Assembly (NCBI GenBank): GCA_013416795.1
Contig: RQSC01001207.1
Location: 53,366-113,073, forward strand
Direction: 5' to 3'
Length of the DNA: 59,708 nt
From: Prasinococcaceae sp. CCMP 1430
Lineage: Eukaryota; Plantae; Prasinodermophyta
Shown: positions 58,658 to 59,708 of the stretch, piece after piece
Position numbering within the stretch: position 1 is the stretch's first letter
How the letters are laid out: each line of letters begins with the position of its first letter
Translations under genes and position numbers: made by a program
The notes under the pieces: generated by a model
What the model saw: the letters and a program-made list of their open reading frames with translations, nothing else
Databases searched by the model: none
What the model was told of the DNA's origin: nothing

Positions 58658-59280
58658 AGCACCAACCCGCTGCACCGCGCGAAAGCTACGACAGTTACGC
58701 CCGCGGATTTCGCGGCGGCGAAATCCGCCCCGCCGCTCCCAAACACGCGGATTTCCTCGTCGAAATATGTGCCCGAACCGCGGCGAACGCCGCGCGTCTG
58801 CGTTCGAATTCCGCATCGCGTGCGCGGACGGGAGAGAACGCGCGCCGATGAAATGCGCGGATCGAATTCGCGGAAGGCGCGGTTTCGGCGCGGGTCCGCG
58901 AGCGGGCCTCGCCGCCCAACCGCCGGCAGGCCCCCGGGCGCGCGCCGGCGCGCGCGCGTTTCCCCATATTTCACTCGAAATTATTGCCTTCCGCGCCTTT
59001 CGTCGCTTGGGGGTTCTCTCCGGCAATCACCCGCGCCGCTCACCGACCTTTCGGCGTTGAAATCTGGCATTTTTGCTTTTGAAAGTTTCGCGCGCCGGCG
59101 CCCCGCCCCGACCCGGGTCCCGCCCCCGAATTTCATCGCCGCGGTTTCGGGGCGCGCGGGGCGGATCGCGGGTCGCGCGCGATGCCGCGGGCGACCGCGA
59201 AAAAGCGCCGAGGGGGGAATTTCGGTGGTGCGCGGCGCTGGACCGGAAATATCCCACGCGGGACACGGATCCGGATTTGG

Positions 59281-59491
59281 GGGGAAGGTTCTCCTTTTTC
59301 TTTTTCTTTTTCTTTTTTGTCTTTTTCTCTTTCTTTTTTTTTGCTCGAATCCCGGCGAGCCGCTGGCAGCTGCTGCTGCTGCTGCTGCTGCTGCTTTTCT
59401 CATTTTTTTCTTTTTTCTTTTTTCATTTCCTTTTTCATTTCTTTTTCTTTTTCTTTTTTCCTTTTTCTTTTTTTTGTTCGAATCCCGGCGA

Positions 59492-59526
<35 letters not shown>

Positions 59527-59690
59527 GTCTCTCATTCTCATCCTTTTTTCTTTTTTCTTTTTCATTTTTCATACGTATTTCTTTTTCTTTTTCTTTTTTC
59601 TTTTTATTCTTTTTCTTTTGTGTGCGTGTGCCGCGGCCGCGTTCCCCGAGCGCGGCGCGTTCCCCGAGCGCGGCGCGTCCCCCGAGCGAG
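59281..59690. repeat. T-rich (TTTTTC)n with a duplicated TCGAATCCCGGCGAGC-(CTG)n unit, plus a 3x ~18-bp tandem
   Basis: The unit starts at about 59345 and 59478. GTTCCCCGAGCGCGGCGC repeats at about 59641-59690. Confidence 0.85.
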
Positions 59691-59708
59691 CCACGGCGGC
59701 CCGCAGTG

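Noticed and set aside
58981-59565. Lys/Arg-rich 194-aa ORF
   Set aside because: Reverse translation of T-rich and CTG repeats.

Overview
Gene-dense, very GC-rich eukaryotic nuclear DNA, best explained as a prasinophyte-grade green alga. That taxonomy is inference from GT-AG/GC-AG introns with CTGAC branch points, TGTAA poly(A)-type signals, TTTAGGG repeats, and plant-type ClpS1, ISA3, DEG9, AP2 and RR-TZF genes. About 30 genes or gene fragments are recognisable. The assembly is a draft: four long N gaps, five single-N joins, and several seamless junctions where a gene fragment abuts an unrelated gene, so every architecture needs long-read or RNA-seq confirmation. The standout is a predicted secreted or membrane protease in which an I9-subtilisin plus a CUB domain sits inside a trypsin domain, between its two beta-barrels, with both catalytic triads intact. 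Its two coding halves (56145-57835 and 49825-52538) splice in matching phase but are separated by 3.6 kb holding two other same-strand genes. Also notable: a J-TPR-zinc ribbon-J-GT60 GlcNAc-transferase fusion, an AP2+GATA transcription factor, a FLASH/CASP8AP2 N-terminal-like protein, a protein built on a GxxCxWP[RK] repeat, a candidate microtubule inner protein, a GC-AG intron, and a telomeric tract oriented as interstitial. Family calls are by motif recognition only; no database searches were run.
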